From an uncultured Lactobacillus sp. (lineage in GTDB: Bacteria; Bacillota; Bacilli; Lactobacillales; Lactobacillaceae): DNA of 64,000 nucleotides. The stretch covers positions 22,467-86,466 of the forward strand of contig CAMCCW010000001.1 of NCBI GenBank assembly GCA_945873395.1. Reading direction: 5' to 3'. The notes under the pieces were generated by a model. The model was not told the DNA's origin, did not search any database, and worked only from the letters and a program-made list of their open reading frames with translations. The first letter of the stretch is position 1. Each line of letters starts with the position of its first letter. Below are positions 47,089-58,938 of the stretch, piece by piece. The position numbers and the translations under genes are program-made.

Positions 47089-48231
47089 ATGAAATTTACC
47101 ATTAATCGACCATCTTTCATCAGCCAACTCAACAATGTGTTACGTGCTATTTCCTCTAAGACCACTATTCCTATTCTGACGGGACTCAAAATGGTCGTTG
47201 ATAAAGAAAGAATCGTTTTAACCGGAAGCAATTCCGATATCACGATCGAAAGTGTTATTGATGCTAACAATCCAGACTACGATTTGACTGTTGAAGATCC
47301 AGGTGCCATTGTGTTGCCTGCTCGTTTCTTCAGTGAAATCGTCAAGAAACTCCCAGATAAGCAGGTAACTATTGAAGTTACAAGTGGCTTTCAGGCCGAT
47401 ATTACTTCTGGAACCGCTAAGTTCCAAATCAATGGTCAAGATGCCGAAAACTTCCCACATTTGCCAGAAGTGGAAACCGATAAGACCATTACCCTGCCAA
47501 ATGATGTCTTAAAGGAAGTTATCCGGCAGACCGTTATCGCCGTTTCTAAGCAGGAAAGCCGGCCAATCCTTGCTGGTATCCACATCACCCTGCACGATGG
47601 GTTACTGACAGCCGTTGCTACCGATAGTCACCGTTTGGCACAACGGAAAGTGGCTTTGAATGATGTTGACAATGGGATTGATTTTGACGTTATTATTCCG
47701 GGGAAGAGTATGAACGAACTTTCGGGAATGATCAGCGATGTTGATGAGGACGTGCAAGTTCAGGTAACGGAGAATCAAATTCTCTTCATCTTTGGTAACA
47801 CCCACTTCTACTCCCGGCTGCTGGAAGGGAATTATCCAGAAACCAGCCAACTGATTCCTGACACGGCCGACACCACGGTTGAACTGGATGCCGGTAGCTT
47901 CCTAGCCTCCATCGAGCGGGCCTCCCTGTTGTCCCACGAAAGTCGCAACGACGTAGTTAAGCTCACAATGAAACCAAGCGAAAACCTGGTTCGGATCAGC
48001 AGTGACTCCCCTGACATCGGAACGGTCGAAGAAGAGGTGGCTACGACCAGCCTGGACGGCAACGACCTTGAAATTTCGTTTAACCCCAACTACATGAAGG
48101 ATGCCCTGCGCTCATTCGGTCAGACAACCGTTAAGATTTCCTTCACCTCACCATTGCGTCCATTCACCCTGGTCCCAACTGAAGACGGCGAAAACTTTGT
48201 CCACCTGATCACGCCAGTGCGGACGTTCTAA
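47089..48231 (+). CDS. dnaN: DNA polymerase III subunit beta
   Basis: 380 aa with sliding-clamp three-domain length and pattern. Conserved position after dnaA. Confidence 0.95.
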   Translation: MKFTINRPSFISQLNNVLRAISSKTTIPILTGLKMVVDKERIVLTGSNSDITIESVIDANNPDYDLTVEDPGAIVLPARFFSEIVKKLPDKQVTIEVTSGFQADITSGTAKFQINGQDAENFPHLPEVETDKTITLPNDVLKEVIRQTVIAVSKQESRPILAGIHITLHDGLLTAVATDSHRLAQRKVALNDVDNGIDFDVIIPGKSMNELSGMISDVDEDVQVQVTENQILFIFGNTHFYSRLLEGNYPETSQLIPDTADTTVELDAGSFLASIERASLLSHESRNDVVKLTMKPSENLVRISSDSPDIGTVEEEVATTSLDGNDLEISFNPNYMKDALRSFGQTTVKISFTSPLRPFTLVPTEDGENFVHLITPVRTF

Positions 48232-48256
48232 CGTGAATATTCAGAACTGATTTAGA

Positions 48257-48289
48257 AAAGTCACCTGTTCAGCTGCGGGTGGCTTTTTA
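48257..48289 (+). terminator. dnaN terminator
   Basis: AAGTCACCTG...CGGGTGGCTT stem with wobbles, followed by TTTTT. Confidence 0.55.
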
Positions 48290-48476
48290 ATTTGCCCTGC
48301 TAGACGAATTTTTAAAGGTAAAAGTGACGGAAAGTGGCTTGATCGGTCCGTTGATCATTTTGAAAGCGATTTTGAAGAAAATGACTCAAAGGGCGTTAAC
48401 GGGCTGAGATTGGCTCTTAACGCCTATTTAGTGGATAACTGTGTTATAATAGAATAAGTAAAGTAGGTGAATTAGT

Positions 48477-48698
48477 GTGGAAGACAAGCAAATCACGATT
48501 GATCGACCATTTATTACGCTTGGTCAATTACTAAAAGAAGAAGGAATCATTCCTACCGGTGGTGCCGCCAAGTGGTATCTCAAGGAAAATAAGGTCCTTG
48601 TAAACGGCGAGCCAGATGACCGGCGGGGACGGAAATTGTACCCCGACGACCAGGTTGCTCTTCCTGACTACTCAACGCTGGTCATCAAGGCTAAGTAG
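48477..48698 (+). CDS. yaaA: S4-domain RNA-binding protein YaaA
   Basis: 73 aa with a GTG start, in the conserved position between dnaN and recF. S4-like pattern (ITLGQLLK...GGAAKWYL...VLVNGE). Confidence 0.8.
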   Translation: MEDKQITIDRPFITLGQLLKEEGIIPTGGAAKWYLKENKVLVNGEPDDRRGRKLYPDDQVALPDYSTLVIKAK

Positions 48699-48707
48699 GC
48701 GACGGCG

Positions 48708-49829
48708 ATGATTCTGACGGAACTACGGTTACATAACTTCAGAAACTATCAGGATCTGACCGTTCATTTTGCCCCGGGAATCAACGTCCTAATTGGTCGC
48801 AATGCCCAGGGAAAGACCAATATGCTGGAGGCGATCTACGCCCTGTCATTGACCCGGAGTCACCGGACCAGTAACGATCGGGAGCTGATCAACTGGCAGC
48901 AGCAGTCCGCATCCATTAGTGGCGTGGTCCAGAAGGCAACGGGAAAGGTTCCGCTGGAGCTGCAATTTACTAAGAATGGCAAGAAGGCCAAGGTTAATCA
49001 CCTTGAGCAGGCCCGGCTCGGCCAGTATGTCGGGCAGTTGAACACCATTCTGTTTGCCCCCGAAGATCTCTCACTGGTAAAAGGGGCACCCGCTGTTCGA
49101 CGACGTTTCATGGACATGGAATTCAGTCAGATGAGCAGTAAGTACTTGTACGATGCGAGCCAGTTTCGGACGCTTTTACGGCAGCGTAACAAGTACCTGA
49201 AACAATTGAAGTATGGTCAGCAGCATGACCGGGTTCTTCTAACGGTTCTGTCAGACCAACTAGCAGCGTATGGTGCCGAAGTGATCGTTGCTCGGCATCA
49301 TTTTTTGCAGCATTTGGAGAAATGGGCAGCGGACCTGCACTACCAAATCTCACTCAACCAGGAGAAACTCCACCTGGCCTACGTGACCCAGGTGAAGGTC
49401 GATGATGAGACGACGGTTGATCAGGCCTACCACGAGTTGCTAAAGCAGTACACGGATAACCAGGAACGTGAGATTGACCAGGGAACCACGATGTATGGTC
49501 CCCAGCGTGACGATATCCGTTTCATGGTTAATGGCAAGAATATTCAATCCTTTGGTTCGCAGGGTCAGCAGCGGACGACCGCTTTATCGGTTAAGCTAGC
49601 TGAGATCGACCTGATGAAGGAGCAGACAGGTGAATACCCGCTTCTGCTTTTGGACGATGTCTTGTCCGAACTCGATCCGGTCCGGCAGACCCACCTGCTG
49701 ACGGCGATTCAGGACAAGGTCCAGACCTTTCTGACTACTACTAGCCTGAGTGATGTGGCCCGGCAGCTGATTAAGGAACCAACGATTTTTGAGATTAAAC
49801 ACGGCACTTTGAACAAGGAGGAAGCATAG
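48708..49829 (+). CDS. recF: DNA replication and repair protein RecF
   Basis: 373 aa with the Walker [14 protein letters not shown], signature SQGQQRT and Walker B LLLLDDV. Confidence 0.95.
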   Translation: MILTELRLHNFRNYQDLTVHFAPGINVLIGRNAQGKTNMLEAIYALSLTRSHRTSNDRELINWQQQSASISGVVQKATGKVPLELQFTKNGKKAKVNHLEQARLGQYVGQLNTILFAPEDLSLVKGAPAVRRRFMDMEFSQMSSKYLYDASQFRTLLRQRNKYLKQLKYGQQHDRVLLTVLSDQLAAYGAEVIVARHHFLQHLEKWAADLHYQISLNQEKLHLAYVTQVKVDDETTVDQAYHELLKQYTDNQEREIDQGTTMYGPQRDDIRFMVNGKNIQSFGSQGQQRTTALSVKLAEIDLMKEQTGEYPLLLLDDVLSELDPVRQTHLLTAIQDKVQTFLTTTSLSDVARQLIKEPTIFEIKHGTLNKEEA

Positions 49830-51775
49830 TGAGCGACGAGCATAAGGAAACAAAGGCTGAGCTGGCGAGTGAGTACGATGCCAGCCAGATTCAAGTTCTA
49901 AAGGGATTAGATGCGGTTCGTAAGCGTCCCGGAATGTACATCGGTTCGACGTCTGCGCAAGGTTTACACCACCTTGTTTGGGAAATCGTCGATAATGGGA
50001 TCGATGAAGCCTTGGCAGGGTTCTGTACCGAAATCAACGTTGAAGTCGAGCCCGACAACAGTATCACGGTCCGTGATAACGGGCGGGGAATCCCAGTCGA
50101 TACCCAAAAGGAAACCGGTAAGCCCGCTTTGGAGACTGTCTTCACAGTCCTACACGCCGGTGGTAAGTTCGGCGGTGGCGGCTACAAGGTCTCCGGTGGT
50201 TTGCACGGTGTTGGGGCCTCAGTCGTTAATGCCCTGTCAACGGAACTGGATGTCAAGGTGGCCCGGCAAGGCAAGCGTTACTACATGGACTTCGACCACG
50301 GTCACGTCAAGACGTCCATGAAGGAGATCGCCACGGGGCTGCCGGAGGATGTTCACGGGACCACGGTGCACTTCAAGCCGGATCCGGAGATCTTTCGTGA
50401 AACCACCACTTACAACATCAAGACCCTGACCGACCGTCTGCGTGAACTGGCCTTCTTGAACAAGGGCTTGAAGATCACAATCGAAGATAAGCGGAACCCG
50501 GATGCCGAGCGACAGGAATTCCTCTACGAAGGTGGGATCCGCCACTACGTTGAATACCTTAACCGGGGACGGGAAGTACTCTTTAACCCACCGATCTACG
50601 TTGAAGGAAAAGAAAATAACATCACGGTGGAAGTGTCCCTCCAGTATATCAATGGGTACCGGAGTGAGCTGCTGACGTTCACCAATAATATTCATACCTA
50701 CGAAGGTGGGACCCACGAGACCGGGTTTAAGATGGCCCTGACTCGGGTGATCAACGACTACGGTCACAAGAGTGGAGCCTTGAAGAGCAACGAGACCCTC
50801 TCGGGGGATGATGTTCGTGAAGGCTTAATCGCGGTAGTTTCTATCAAGCACCCTGATCCACAGTTTGAGGGTCAGACCAAGACTAAGCTGGGGAACTCCG
50901 ATGCCCGGACAGCTACTGACCACATCTTCGCAGAGACCTTCAACCGCTTCTTAATGGAACACCCCGACGAAGCCAAGAAGATCATCGAAAAGGGTCAACT
51001 TGCTTCTAAGGCCCGGGTTGCCGCCAAGCGTGCCCGGGAAGTTACCCGGAAGAAGAGCGGTCTGGAAATTTCCAACCTGCCTGGTAAGCTGGCCGATAAC
51101 ACCAGTAAGGATCCGAACATCTCTGAATTATTCATCGTCGAGGGGGACTCCGCCGGTGGTTCCGCTAAGCAAGGCCGTTCACGGCTAACCCAGGCGATCT
51201 TGCCGATTCGGGGGAAGATTTTAAACGTTGAGAAGGCCACTCTGGATCGTGTCCTAGCCAATGACGAAATTCGCTCCCTCTTCACAGCATTGGGGACTGG
51301 CTTCGGTGATGACTTTGATATCACCAAAGCCAACTACCACAAGCTGATTATCATGACCGATGCCGATGTCGACGGGGCCCACATTCGGACCTTGCTCTTG
51401 ACCCTGTTCTACCGGTTCATGAAGCCAATGATTACCCACGGCTACGTCTACATTGCGCAGCCACCGTTGTACCAGGTTCGTCAGGGGAAGTTCGTCAAGT
51501 ACATCGAGTCTGACGAAGAACTGGAACGGGTCGTCAACTCCCTGCAACCGAGCCCGAAGCCGGTTATTCAGCGGTACAAGGGGCTTGGTGAAATGGATGC
51601 CGAACAGCTCTGGGAGACCACGATGGACCCCGAACACCGGCACCTGCTCCGGGTTCAACTGGACGACGCCAAGCAGGCGGACGAAATTTTCCCAATGCTG
51701 ATGGGAACCAAAGTTGGTCCACGGCGGGACTTTATCGAAAAAAATGCCAAGTTTGTTGAGAATCTGGACCTGTAA
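49829..51775 (+). CDS. gyrB: DNA gyrase subunit B
   Basis: 648 aa with a GHKL ATPase N-terminus ([16 protein letters not shown]), a TOPRIM domain (EGDSAGG, PLRGKILNV-like IRGKILNV) and a GTG start after AAGGAGG. Confidence 0.97.
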   Translation: MSDEHKETKAELASEYDASQIQVLKGLDAVRKRPGMYIGSTSAQGLHHLVWEIVDNGIDEALAGFCTEINVEVEPDNSITVRDNGRGIPVDTQKETGKPALETVFTVLHAGGKFGGGGYKVSGGLHGVGASVVNALSTELDVKVARQGKRYYMDFDHGHVKTSMKEIATGLPEDVHGTTVHFKPDPEIFRETTTYNIKTLTDRLRELAFLNKGLKITIEDKRNPDAERQEFLYEGGIRHYVEYLNRGREVLFNPPIYVEGKENNITVEVSLQYINGYRSELLTFTNNIHTYEGGTHETGFKMALTRVINDYGHKSGALKSNETLSGDDVREGLIAVVSIKHPDPQFEGQTKTKLGNSDARTATDHIFAETFNRFLMEHPDEAKKIIEKGQLASKARVAAKRAREVTRKKSGLEISNLPGKLADNTSKDPNISELFIVEGDSAGGSAKQGRSRLTQAILPIRGKILNVEKATLDRVLANDEIRSLFTALGTGFGDDFDITKANYHKLIIMTDADVDGAHIRTLLLTLFYRFMKPMITHGYVYIAQPPLYQVRQGKFVKYIESDEELERVVNSLQPSPKPVIQRYKGLGEMDAEQLWETTMDPEHRHLLRVQLDDAKQADEIFPMLMGTKVGPRRDFIEKNAKFVENLDL

Positions 51776-51810
51776 ATTAATCACGAGAAAATAAAAAAGG
51801 AGGAGCGGCA

Positions 51811-54315
51811 TTGGCTGAAGAAGATATGTCAAATCGGATTACGGACGTCAAACTGACGAGCCAGATGAAGAACTCATTCCTGGACTATGCCATGAGTGTT
51901 ATCGTCTCACGGGCCCTGCCAGACGTGCGTGATGGCTTAAAGCCGGTTCAGCGGCGGATCCTGTACGGGATGAACGAACTGGGGGTTACCCCGGATAAGC
52001 CGTATAAGAAGTCAGCCCGGATTGTCGGGGACGTCATGGGGAAGTTCCACCCCCACGGTGACTCCTCGATTTATGAAGGGTTGGTCCGGATGGCGCAGGA
52101 CTTTAGTTACCGTTACATGCTGGTTGACGGCCACGGTAACTTCGGGTCAGTTGACGGTGATAGTGCGGCCGCCATGCGTTATACCGAGGCGAAGATGAGT
52201 AAGATCGCGGTGGAGATGCTGCGTGACATTAATAAGGACACTGTGGACTTCCATCCAAACTACGATGGTACCGAAAAGGAACCAGACGTCCTGCCAGCAC
52301 GTTTCCCCAACCTGCTGGTTAACGGGGCTTCCGGGATTGCCGTTGGGATGGCCACCAACATTCCAACCCATAACCTCGGTGAAGTTATCAGCGCCATCCA
52401 TATGCTGATGGACAACCCGGATGCCACCACCGAGGACCTGATGAAGGTTCTACCGGGACCAGACTTCCCAACTGGTGGGGTCGTCATGGGTAAATCCGGT
52501 ATCCGTAAGGCCTACGAGACTGGTCGTGGCACGATCATCGTGCGGGCCAAGGTTGACATTGAGGAACAGAAGAACGGTAAGCAACGGATTATCGTTCACG
52601 AGATCCCGTACATGGTCAACAAGGCTAAGCTGATTGAGCGGATCGCTGAATTGGCCCGGAACAAGGAAATCGACGGGATCACCGATATCAACGATGAAAC
52701 TGACCGTGACGGGATGCGGATCGTGATCGACGTTCGGCGGGATGCTAGCGCCGAAGTTATCTTGAACAACCTCTACAAGATGACCTTGATGCAGACAACC
52801 TTCAACTTCAATATGTTGGCGATTGTCAACGGGGCGCCAAAGATTCTGAGTCTGAAGCAGATCTTGCAATACTACCTTGAGCACCAGGAAAACGTCGTTC
52901 GGCGGCGGACCCAGTTTGATCTGAAGAAGGCCCAAAACCGGGCCCACATCGTTGCCGGGTTGCGGATTGCTCTTGACCACATCGACGAGATTATCAAGAT
53001 CATCCGGAACTCCCAGACCAGTGAGATTGCCAAGGACGAGCTGATCCAGAACTATGGTCTGTCCGATCGTCAGTCCCAAGCCATCCTTGACATGCGGCTG
53101 GTCCGGCTGACCGGTCTGGAACGGGAAAAGATCGAGGCTGAGTACAAGAAGCTGATGGACGCCATTGCTGATTACAAGGACATCCTGGCCCACGACGAAC
53201 GGATCCACCAGATCATCTATGACGAACTGATGGAGATTCAGCGTAAGTTTGGTGACAAGCGGCGGACCGAATTGCAGGTCGGCGACATCACTAATATCGA
53301 GGACGAGGACCTGATCGAAGAGGAAGACATCATTGTTACCCTCACCCACAACGGTTACATCAAGCGCCTGCCAGTTGACGAATTCAAGTCTCAGCACCGT
53401 GGTGGCCGGGGCGTCAAGGGAATGGGCGTTCACAAGGACGACTTCATCGAACAGCTGATTTCTAGTTCGACCCATGACCTCCTGCTCTTCTTCACAAACT
53501 CCGGGAAGGTCTTCTCTATGAAGGGTTACGAGGTTCCTGAATACGGCCGGTCAGCTCAGGGGATCCCGATTATTAACCTTCTGGGGATCAACAACAAGGA
53601 GAAGATCAGTGCGGTCATCAACGTTTCCCACGCGGCCAATGACGATAACAAGTTCCTCTTCTTCACGACCAAGCACGGGACGGTCAAGCGGACGCCGGTT
53701 CCAGAGTTCAAGAACATCCGGAGCAACGGTCTAAAGGCCATCAACCTTCATGATGGTGACGAACTGATCAATGTCAATGTCATCAAGGATGGTCAGCCGA
53801 TGATCATTGGAACCCATAATGGTTATGCCCTGAGCTTTAACTCCGATGTGGTCCGGTCAATGGGCCGGTCTGCTGCGGGGGTTCGTGGAATCCGTCTTCG
53901 TGATGAAGACTACGTAATCGGGGCCGCTCCACTGAATCCGGACAGCAAGGTGCTGGTCATCAGTGAAAACGGCTTTGGTAAGCAGACCCCGGCCAGTGAG
54001 TACCCAATTAAGGGTCGTGGTGGCCTCGGGGTCAAGACGGTCAACGTGACGGCCAAGAATGGTCCACTGGTTGGCCTGACCACGGTTGCCGGTGATGAGG
54101 ACATCATGCTGGTTACCGATCGTGGGGTCATCATCCGCTTCGGCATCGAGACGGTCTCCCAGACTGGTCGTTCTGCCGTTGGTGTTCACCTGATTAAGAT
54201 GGACAAAGGCACCAAGGTCGCAACGATGGCTAAGGTCGAAAAGGAATCTGATGATGACGAGGAAGACCAGGACAAGACTGAACAGACCCCGGTCAAGTCT
54301 GAGGACCACCAATAA
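51811..54315 (+). CDS. gyrA: DNA gyrase subunit A
   Basis: 834 aa with the active-site Tyr context AAMRYTE, QRDR-like [10 protein letters not shown], and an acidic C-terminal tail. TTG 51811 lies 7 nt after AAGGAGG; ATG 51826 is the alternative. Confidence 0.97.
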   Translation: MAEEDMSNRITDVKLTSQMKNSFLDYAMSVIVSRALPDVRDGLKPVQRRILYGMNELGVTPDKPYKKSARIVGDVMGKFHPHGDSSIYEGLVRMAQDFSYRYMLVDGHGNFGSVDGDSAAAMRYTEAKMSKIAVEMLRDINKDTVDFHPNYDGTEKEPDVLPARFPNLLVNGASGIAVGMATNIPTHNLGEVISAIHMLMDNPDATTEDLMKVLPGPDFPTGGVVMGKSGIRKAYETGRGTIIVRAKVDIEEQKNGKQRIIVHEIPYMVNKAKLIERIAELARNKEIDGITDINDETDRDGMRIVIDVRRDASAEVILNNLYKMTLMQTTFNFNMLAIVNGAPKILSLKQILQYYLEHQENVVRRRTQFDLKKAQNRAHIVAGLRIALDHIDEIIKIIRNSQTSEIAKDELIQNYGLSDRQSQAILDMRLVRLTGLEREKIEAEYKKLMDAIADYKDILAHDERIHQIIYDELMEIQRKFGDKRRTELQVGDITNIEDEDLIEEEDIIVTLTHNGYIKRLPVDEFKSQHRGGRGVKGMGVHKDDFIEQLISSSTHDLLLFFTNSGKVFSMKGYEVPEYGRSAQGIPIINLLGINNKEKISAVINVSHAANDDNKFLFFTTKHGTVKRTPVPEFKNIRSNGLKAINLHDGDELINVNVIKDGQPMIIGTHNGYALSFNSDVVRSMGRSAAGVRGIRLRDEDYVIGAAPLNPDSKVLVISENGFGKQTPASEYPIKGRGGLGVKTVNVTAKNGPLVGLTTVAGDEDIMLVTDRGVIIRFGIETVSQTGRSAVGVHLIKMDKGTKVATMAKVEKESDDDEEDQDKTEQTPVKSEDHQ

Positions 54316-54334
54316 AATTTACTAATTAAGACGA

Positions 54335-54392
54335 AAATCCTGAGTACTTGCGTATTATCTTTATAGAGCGCAACTCTCAGGATTTCTTGTTA
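54335..54392 (+). terminator. gyrA terminator (long-loop hairpin)
   Basis: AAATCCTGAG...CTCAGGATTT stem followed by a T-rich tract. Confidence 0.5.
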
Positions 54393-54400
54393 TTTGTTTC

Positions 54401-54429
54401 TTGTTTTAAAGCTTAGTATATGCTATATT
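54401..54429 (+). promoter_or_regulatory. Candidate rpsF operon promoter
   Basis: TTGTTT (54401-54406), 17-nt spacer, TATATT (54424-54429). Confidence 0.5.
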
Positions 54430-54435
54430 TTATAT

Positions 54436-54518
54436 CTGTGAGTATACGTACAGACGTCTACTCTCCTTGTTCTTCTACATTTTAGAAGAGCCAGAGTCCA
54501 TAAGGAGGTGTAACATTC
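54436..54518 (+). promoter_or_regulatory. Structured rpsF 5' leader (possible S6:S18 autoregulatory leader)
   Basis: Hairpins GAGTA-t-ACGT-acag-ACGT-c-TACTC and CTTCTA-cattt-TAGAAG lie before the SD. The assignment rests on position only and I could not verify the consensus. Confidence 0.3.
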
Positions 54519-54815
54519 ATGGAAACACGTAAATATGAAATTACTTACATCATTCGTCCTGACATCGAAGAATCAGCTAAGAGCGAATTAGTTGACCGTT
54601 TTGACAAGGTATTGACGGACAATGGTGCAGATGTCGCTGAATCAAAGGATTGGTCAACGCGTCGCTTCGCTTACCCAATTGAAAAGTACACTGAAGGTAC
54701 TTACCACGTAGTTACTTTGACTACCAACACTGACGAAGCATTAAACGAATTTGACCGTTTGGCTAAGTTCAACGACGATATCCTACGTCACATGATCGTT
54801 AAGCTTGATGCTTAA
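54519..54815 (+). CDS. rpsF: 30S ribosomal protein S6
   Basis: 98 aa starting [15 protein letters not shown], typical of S6. Confidence 0.95.
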   Translation: METRKYEITYIIRPDIEESAKSELVDRFDKVLTDNGADVAESKDWSTRRFAYPIEKYTEGTYHVVTLTTNTDEALNEFDRLAKFNDDILRHMIVKLDA

Positions 54816-54852
54816 TTAGATCGTCAATGTAAATAGAGAGGAGAACGATCGA

Positions 54853-55431
54853 ATGATTAATCGTGCAGTCTTGACTGGACGCTTAACGCGAGATCCTGAG
54901 TTGCGATACACTACCAGCGGTACTGCGGTAGTCTCATTTACGCTCGCGGTTGATCGGCAGTTCCGGAACCAAAATGGGGATCGGGATGCAGACTTTATCA
55001 ACTGTGTTATCTGGCGTAAATCTGCCGAGAACTTCAGCAACTTCACCCATAAGGGCTCCTTGGTGGGAATCGACGGGCGGATTCAAACCCGGAACTACGA
55101 AAACCAACAAGGCCAACGGGTATATGTTACTGAAGTCGTGGTTGAAAACTTTGCCCTGCTCGAACCCCGGCAAAATGGCGGGATGAACCAGGGTGGTCAA
55201 CAGCCGTTCAATAATGGTAACCAGGCCCCATTTGGTGGCCAGGGTCAATACGGTGGTGGTAACAACAACCAACCACAGTCGACCAACAACGCTCCTCAAC
55301 CTAATTCGTCAGCCAATACCGGGGCCTCGGGCTTCGGTGCTGGTCAGAATAGCTCAGCCAACCCATTCTCCAATAATAACGATGATGGGGATCAATCGAC
55401 TGAGATCTCTGATGACGATTTACCATTCTAA
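54853..55431 (+). CDS. ssb: Single-stranded DNA-binding protein
   Basis: OB-fold N-terminus ([20 protein letters not shown]), a Gly/Gln/Asn-rich linker and the acidic tip DDDLPF. Confidence 0.95.
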   Translation: MINRAVLTGRLTRDPELRYTTSGTAVVSFTLAVDRQFRNQNGDRDADFINCVIWRKSAENFSNFTHKGSLVGIDGRIQTRNYENQQGQRVYVTEVVVENFALLEPRQNGGMNQGGQQPFNNGNQAPFGGQGQYGGGNNNQPQSTNNAPQPNSSANTGASGFGAGQNSSANPFSNNNDDGDQSTEISDDDLPF

Positions 55432-55460
55432 AATTTTTTACCGGATAGGAGGGTAATTTC

Positions 55461-55697
55461 ATGGCACAACAACGTCGGGGCGGCCGTCGTCGTCGTAAAG
55501 TCGACTTCATCGCCGCAAACCACATCGAATACATCGATTACAAAGACACTGATTTATTACGTCGGTTCATCTCCGAACGGGGTAAGATCTTACCACGTCG
55601 GGTAACTGGTACGAGCGCCAAGAATCAACGTAAGTTAACGGTCGCTATCAAGCGTGCCCGGATCATGGGTCTTCTGCCATTCGTTGCTGAAGACTAA
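55461..55697 (+). CDS. rpsR: 30S ribosomal protein S18
   Basis: 78 aa with [22 protein letters not shown], typical of S18. Confidence 0.95.
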   Translation: MAQQRRGGRRRRKVDFIAANHIEYIDYKDTDLLRRFISERGKILPRRVTGTSAKNQRKLTVAIKRARIMGLLPFVAED

Positions 55698-55705
55698 TCC
55701 AAAAT

Positions 55706-55741
55706 AAAAAAGCTTGCTTCGTTTGAAGTGAGCTTTTTTTG
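55706..55741 (+). terminator. rpsR terminator
   Basis: AAAAAGCTTGCTTC...GAAGTGAGCTTTTT stem followed by a T-run. Confidence 0.8.
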
Positions 55742-55816
55742 TATTGTCGTTAAGATGAAATCCAGTTGTTGCTCAGTGATCGACTGGATTGCCGTCTTTG
55801 ATGAAAGGAAAGTAGA

Positions 55817-56800
55817 ATGCGCAAAATCGAAGGACATATTCACCTTGTCCGGGAGATGGCTGGTGCTAAAGGGCAGGGCCGGCTCAGTCCCCTGGGCAAT
55901 GGTTACGCCATCTGGGACGACGGTGAAATTATTAAACTGATTCCAGACGGCTGGGGAGATGACAATTTTCTAGCTGAAAAATACCTCCAAATTATGGATG
56001 AGGAAGGAATTGAACGGGCGGTTATTCTTCAGGGAACCCTGAATGGCTACCAAAATTACTACACTTACCAGGTGGTCAAACGCTATCCGGACCGTTTCAT
56101 CGGGGCCTTTTCTGTGGACCCCTTTGACGACCAGGCGATGGCGATCGTCCACCGGTACGTTGTCGATCTCGGTTTTCGGGCCATTAAGTTTGAGATCAGC
56201 CAAGGCGGCGGTCTCCATGGTTTTCACCAGCCATTTCGCCTCGATATTGATAACCGGGTCGCCCAAATTTTCCACTACCTGGCGGACTACCCCGGCTTTG
56301 TAGTAACGGTTGACTATGGGGCAGCTGACCAGACCAGTTACCAACCAGAAGCAATTGTTAACCTGGCTCGGCGCTATCCAGAATTAGACTTTGTGGTCTG
56401 TCACCTGTCCTTCCCGGACGCTCAGCACCCTAACCAGCTGGCTAATGTTCTTGGTCAGTTTGCTCCGCTTGCTAACATCAGCGTTGATATTTCAGCCATT
56501 CAGGATATCCTGGGTGAGGGTCGTGATGATTTCCCGTACCCGCGGAGTCAATGGGCAGTTCGCCTAGCCAAGGAACGATTAGGGGCTAAACGGATCATCT
56601 GGGGAAGTGACGCCCCGTGGTCCGCAACCTTTAACAGCTACCACCAGCTGGCCACCTGGTTAGAACATACCGATATTTTTACCCCGACGGAACTGGCCGA
56701 CGTGATGGCCAATAACGCTGCGCGGATCTACTTCAAGCCTGCCAACGTTGAAGCGGCTCGCCAGGCTAATGATCCCGTCTTAGCGCACTTTAAGGCCTAA
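55817..56800 (+). CDS. Amidohydrolase-family (amidohydrolase_2, TIM-barrel metal-dependent hydrolase) protein
   Basis: 327 aa with an N-terminal metal-binding H-x-H (EGHIHLV) and later CH and WGSDAPW blocks typical of the family. Substrate unknown. Confidence 0.7.
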   Translation: MRKIEGHIHLVREMAGAKGQGRLSPLGNGYAIWDDGEIIKLIPDGWGDDNFLAEKYLQIMDEEGIERAVILQGTLNGYQNYYTYQVVKRYPDRFIGAFSVDPFDDQAMAIVHRYVVDLGFRAIKFEISQGGGLHGFHQPFRLDIDNRVAQIFHYLADYPGFVVTVDYGAADQTSYQPEAIVNLARRYPELDFVVCHLSFPDAQHPNQLANVLGQFAPLANISVDISAIQDILGEGRDDFPYPRSQWAVRLAKERLGAKRIIWGSDAPWSATFNSYHQLATWLEHTDIFTPTELADVMANNAARIYFKPANVEAARQANDPVLAHFKA

Positions 56801-56908
56801 CATCCGAGAACGGTTGATTAAGCGAATCAGGCTTCTTTTAGTTGCCGGTGTGATATGATAGTAATATCCAATTAAAGACGGTATTGCCGCCGATTTGGGA
56901 GGATTATT

Positions 56909-58933
56909 ATGCGTGAATTTTTCAGTCGTGAAAACTGGCTGTTTTATCTGAAACACCCAGCGGTCCGCTGGAATGTCTATTACATATTGTGCGTGACCGT
57001 GATCAGCCTGGTCCTGGCCTTCATGTTTAACTGGGTGGTCGGACTGGTGGTTTTAGTATTGGCAGTTATTGGGAGTACTGTCAGTCTTCGTAAACTTCGC
57101 CAGCTGGTTAACGACACTCACGAGTATCTTAAAAGATTAACTTATCAGATTAAAAATGGGCAACAAGAGGCCTTACTAGAGATGCCACTGGGAATGATCA
57201 TGCTCAACGCCCGGAACGAGATTGAGTGGATTAATCCGTATATGGCTCGTTACTTCAAGCTTGAGAAGGTTGTTGGCAAGAACGTTAACAGTGTTGATGA
57301 GCAACTGGCAAAGCTGATCGATGATGGTCGTAGTCACCGCGGAGCACAAATCGTTACCTGGCGGGACCGGCAATTTGAGTTCCTGGTTCAACCACGCTAC
57401 CGAGTGGCATACTTGCTGGACATTACCAAGTACACAGCGGTGGAGCGGCGTTACCGGCAGGAACAGATCTTCCTGGGAAACATCTACCTGGATAACTACG
57501 ATGAATTAATTCAGGGGATGAGTGATACGGATGTCTCTAACCTGCACAACTATGTTACCTCAGAGATCAGTAAGTGGGCGAGTGCCAACCATCTCTTGAT
57601 GAAGATCATTGATGACGATAACTACCTGATTATCGGGCACCAGAGTTCATTGACAGAACTAGAGAAGAAGAAGTTTAAGATCCTGGATGTGATTCGCCAG
57701 AGTACGTCCCAACGTAACTCGCCGGTTACGCTGAGTGTGGGGATTGCTTACGCTGAAAACGACCTGATCAAGCTGGCGGATACGGCCCAGAACAACCTAG
57801 ACCTGGCACTTGGTCGTGGGGGCGACCAGGTTGTCGTCCGGGCTAAGGACCAGCCAGCCCGTTTCTATGGTGGAAAGACAAACCCGATGGAGAAGCGGAC
57901 ACGGGTCCGGGCCCGGATGATCAGCCAGGCATTGCAGGAGCTGATCAACCAAGCGGACCAGCTGTTTGTTATGGGACATCGTAATCCTGATATGGACTCG
58001 CTGGGCGCCTGCCTGGGGATTCGGCGGATTGCTGAGATGAACGGTAAGGAATGCTGGATCGTGGTGGATGATGAGCACCCCCACGCCGATATCCAGCGTC
58101 TGATGAACGAGCTTGACAATTACCAGACGATCAAGGATCATATCATCACGCCGGCGGAGGCCTTGGAAAAGGCTACTGATAATAGCTTGCTGGTGATGGT
58201 AGACCACGCCAAGCGGAGCATTACGATTTCGCCTGAATTGTACGACCAGTTACAGAACCGGTTAGTGATTATTGACCACCACCGGCGCGGCGAAGAGTTC
58301 CCCGAGAACCCGCTACTGGTCTACATTGAGCCGTATGCTTCCTCAACCTGTGAACTGATCACCGAGATGTTTGAGTACCAGCCACGGGAAGGCAAGGGCT
58401 TGAATAAGCTCGAGGCCACGACGATGCTGACGGGGATCCAGATTGATACAAAGTCCTTCACGAAGAGTGCCGGGACCCGAACCTTTGATGCGGCCAGCTA
58501 CCTGCGTTCGGCCGGGGCTGATGGGATGATGATTCAGTCCTTCATGAAGGAGGATCCACAGAGCTTCATGGATCGTAATCATTTAATTTCCCGGGCAATA
58601 ATCAACGACCATATTGCCATCTGTGCCGGTGAGGACGACCGGGTCTATGATTCTGTCACGGCAGCCCAGGCAGCAGATATGCTCCTTCAGGTCGAAGGGG
58701 TGGAGGCCTCATTTGTCATCACCAAGCGGGCTGATGATAAGGTCGGCATTTCCGCGCGTTCGGCTGGTGACGTCAATGTTCAGATTATCATGGAAAAGAT
58801 GGGCGGTGGTGGTCACCTTGCCAACGCAGCAACCCAGATTGCCGGTGAGACCGTCGATGCTGTCCGAAAGGAATTAATTGATCTTCTGGCGAAGACGGTT
58901 GATAATAGTAATCAGGAAGATGAAGAGGAGTGA
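56909..58933 (+). CDS. gdpP: Cyclic-di-AMP phosphodiesterase GdpP
   Basis: 674 aa with two N-terminal TM helices, a PAS-like and degenerate GGDEF region, and DHH (HRNPDMDSLG, IIDHHRRG) and DHHA1 (GGGH) motifs. Conserved position before rplI. Confidence 0.9.
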   Translation: MREFFSRENWLFYLKHPAVRWNVYYILCVTVISLVLAFMFNWVVGLVVLVLAVIGSTVSLRKLRQLVNDTHEYLKRLTYQIKNGQQEALLEMPLGMIMLNARNEIEWINPYMARYFKLEKVVGKNVNSVDEQLAKLIDDGRSHRGAQIVTWRDRQFEFLVQPRYRVAYLLDITKYTAVERRYRQEQIFLGNIYLDNYDELIQGMSDTDVSNLHNYVTSEISKWASANHLLMKIIDDDNYLIIGHQSSLTELEKKKFKILDVIRQSTSQRNSPVTLSVGIAYAENDLIKLADTAQNNLDLALGRGGDQVVVRAKDQPARFYGGKTNPMEKRTRVRARMISQALQELINQADQLFVMGHRNPDMDSLGACLGIRRIAEMNGKECWIVVDDEHPHADIQRLMNELDNYQTIKDHIITPAEALEKATDNSLLVMVDHAKRSITISPELYDQLQNRLVIIDHHRRGEEFPENPLLVYIEPYASSTCELITEMFEYQPREGKGLNKLEATTMLTGIQIDTKSFTKSAGTRTFDAASYLRSAGADGMMIQSFMKEDPQSFMDRNHLISRAIINDHIAICAGEDDRVYDSVTAAQAADMLLQVEGVEASFVITKRADDKVGISARSAGDVNVQIIMEKMGGGGHLANAATQIAGETVDAVRKELIDLLAKTVDNSNQEDEEE

Positions 58934-58938
58934 ACAAG

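Noticed and set aside
52450-53475. 341-aa ORF on the minus strand
   Set aside because: It is antisense to gyrA and has no motifs. Shadow ORF.
55728-55940. 70-aa plus-strand ORF overlapping the rpsR terminator and the start of the amidohydrolase gene
   Set aside because: It begins inside the terminator T-run and overlaps the better-supported amidohydrolase ORF out of frame.
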